Shown here: positions 24,082 to 24,210 of the stretch, piece by piece | How the letters are laid out: every line of letters starts with the position of its first letter | How positions within the stretch are numbered: the stretch's first letter is position 1 | NCBI GenBank assembly: GCA_016839605.1 | Contig: JAEOTX010000124.1 | Coordinates: forward strand, 1-24,210 | Length of the DNA: 24,210 nucleotides | Source of the DNA: Candidatus Thorarchaeota archaeon | Lineage (GTDB): Archaea; Asgardarchaeota; Thorarchaeia; Thorarchaeales; Thorarchaeaceae | Direction of reading: 5' to 3' | The notes under the pieces: model-generated | Told to the model about the DNA's origin: nothing | Seen by the model: only the letters and a program-made list of their open reading frames with translations | Databases searched by the model: none | Position numbers and translations under genes: made by a program

Positions 24082-24152
24082 CAGGCCACTTCCTTGTCCG
24101 ACGTGCGGACAAACTGTTCTCTAGCCTATTTCTAGTCTGGACAAATGTGAGC

Positions 24153-24160
24153 TAAATAAA
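24153..24160 (-). promoter_or_regulatory. Putative TATA box (TTTATTTA) of the hdrA-mvhD/hdrC/hdrB operon
   Basis: Reverse complement of TAAATAAA, about 72 nt upstream of ATG 24081. Confidence 0.5.
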
Positions 24161-24210
24161 GGTTGAGAATCGTAAGCATTCCCGTTCAATATAGTTCAGA
24201 AGCAAACACA

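Noticed and set aside
1-24210. CRISPR arrays, transposases, integrases, rRNA or tRNA genes
   Set aside because: No regularly spaced repeats, transposase motifs or RNA-gene signatures were seen by eye; nearly all sequence is explained by protein-coding genes.

Overview
Archaeal chromosomal window. It is most consistent with an Asgard archaeon, possibly Thorarchaeota. That placement is an inference from the very Sec61alpha-like SecY, the eL/eS ribosomal proteins and the Hdr/Hyp content, not a database result. (1) 1-11141, minus strand: the distal S10 plus spc ribosomal superoperon, in the order uL22, uS3, uL29, RNase P Rpp29, uS17, uL14, uL24, eS4, uL5, uS14, uS8, uL6, eL32, eL19, uL18, uS5, uL30, Hsp20, uL15, secY (secY runs off the window). 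Unusual points: a small heat-shock protein gene sits between uL30 and uL15; the cluster starts at uL22 behind a structured leader; several r-proteins carry long charged extensions; and eL32 has an N-terminal HhH fusion. (2) 11379-15097: mostly uncharacterised genes, namely a winged-helix protein, a Zn-ribbon plus tandem winged-helix protein, a 2[4Fe-4S] ferredoxin, a coiled-coil protein, a TFB/cyclin-fold-like protein, DUF211 and a small HTH protein. (3) 15166-24081: hypD, mobA, a probable unannotated small ORF with a non-canonical start, a stand-alone hdrA, an ICMT-family membrane methyltransferase, and an hdrA-mvhD fusion/hdrC/hdrB operon whose HdrA-MvhD ends in a histone-H1-like lysine tail. 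No rRNA, tRNA, CRISPR array or intact mobile element was seen.
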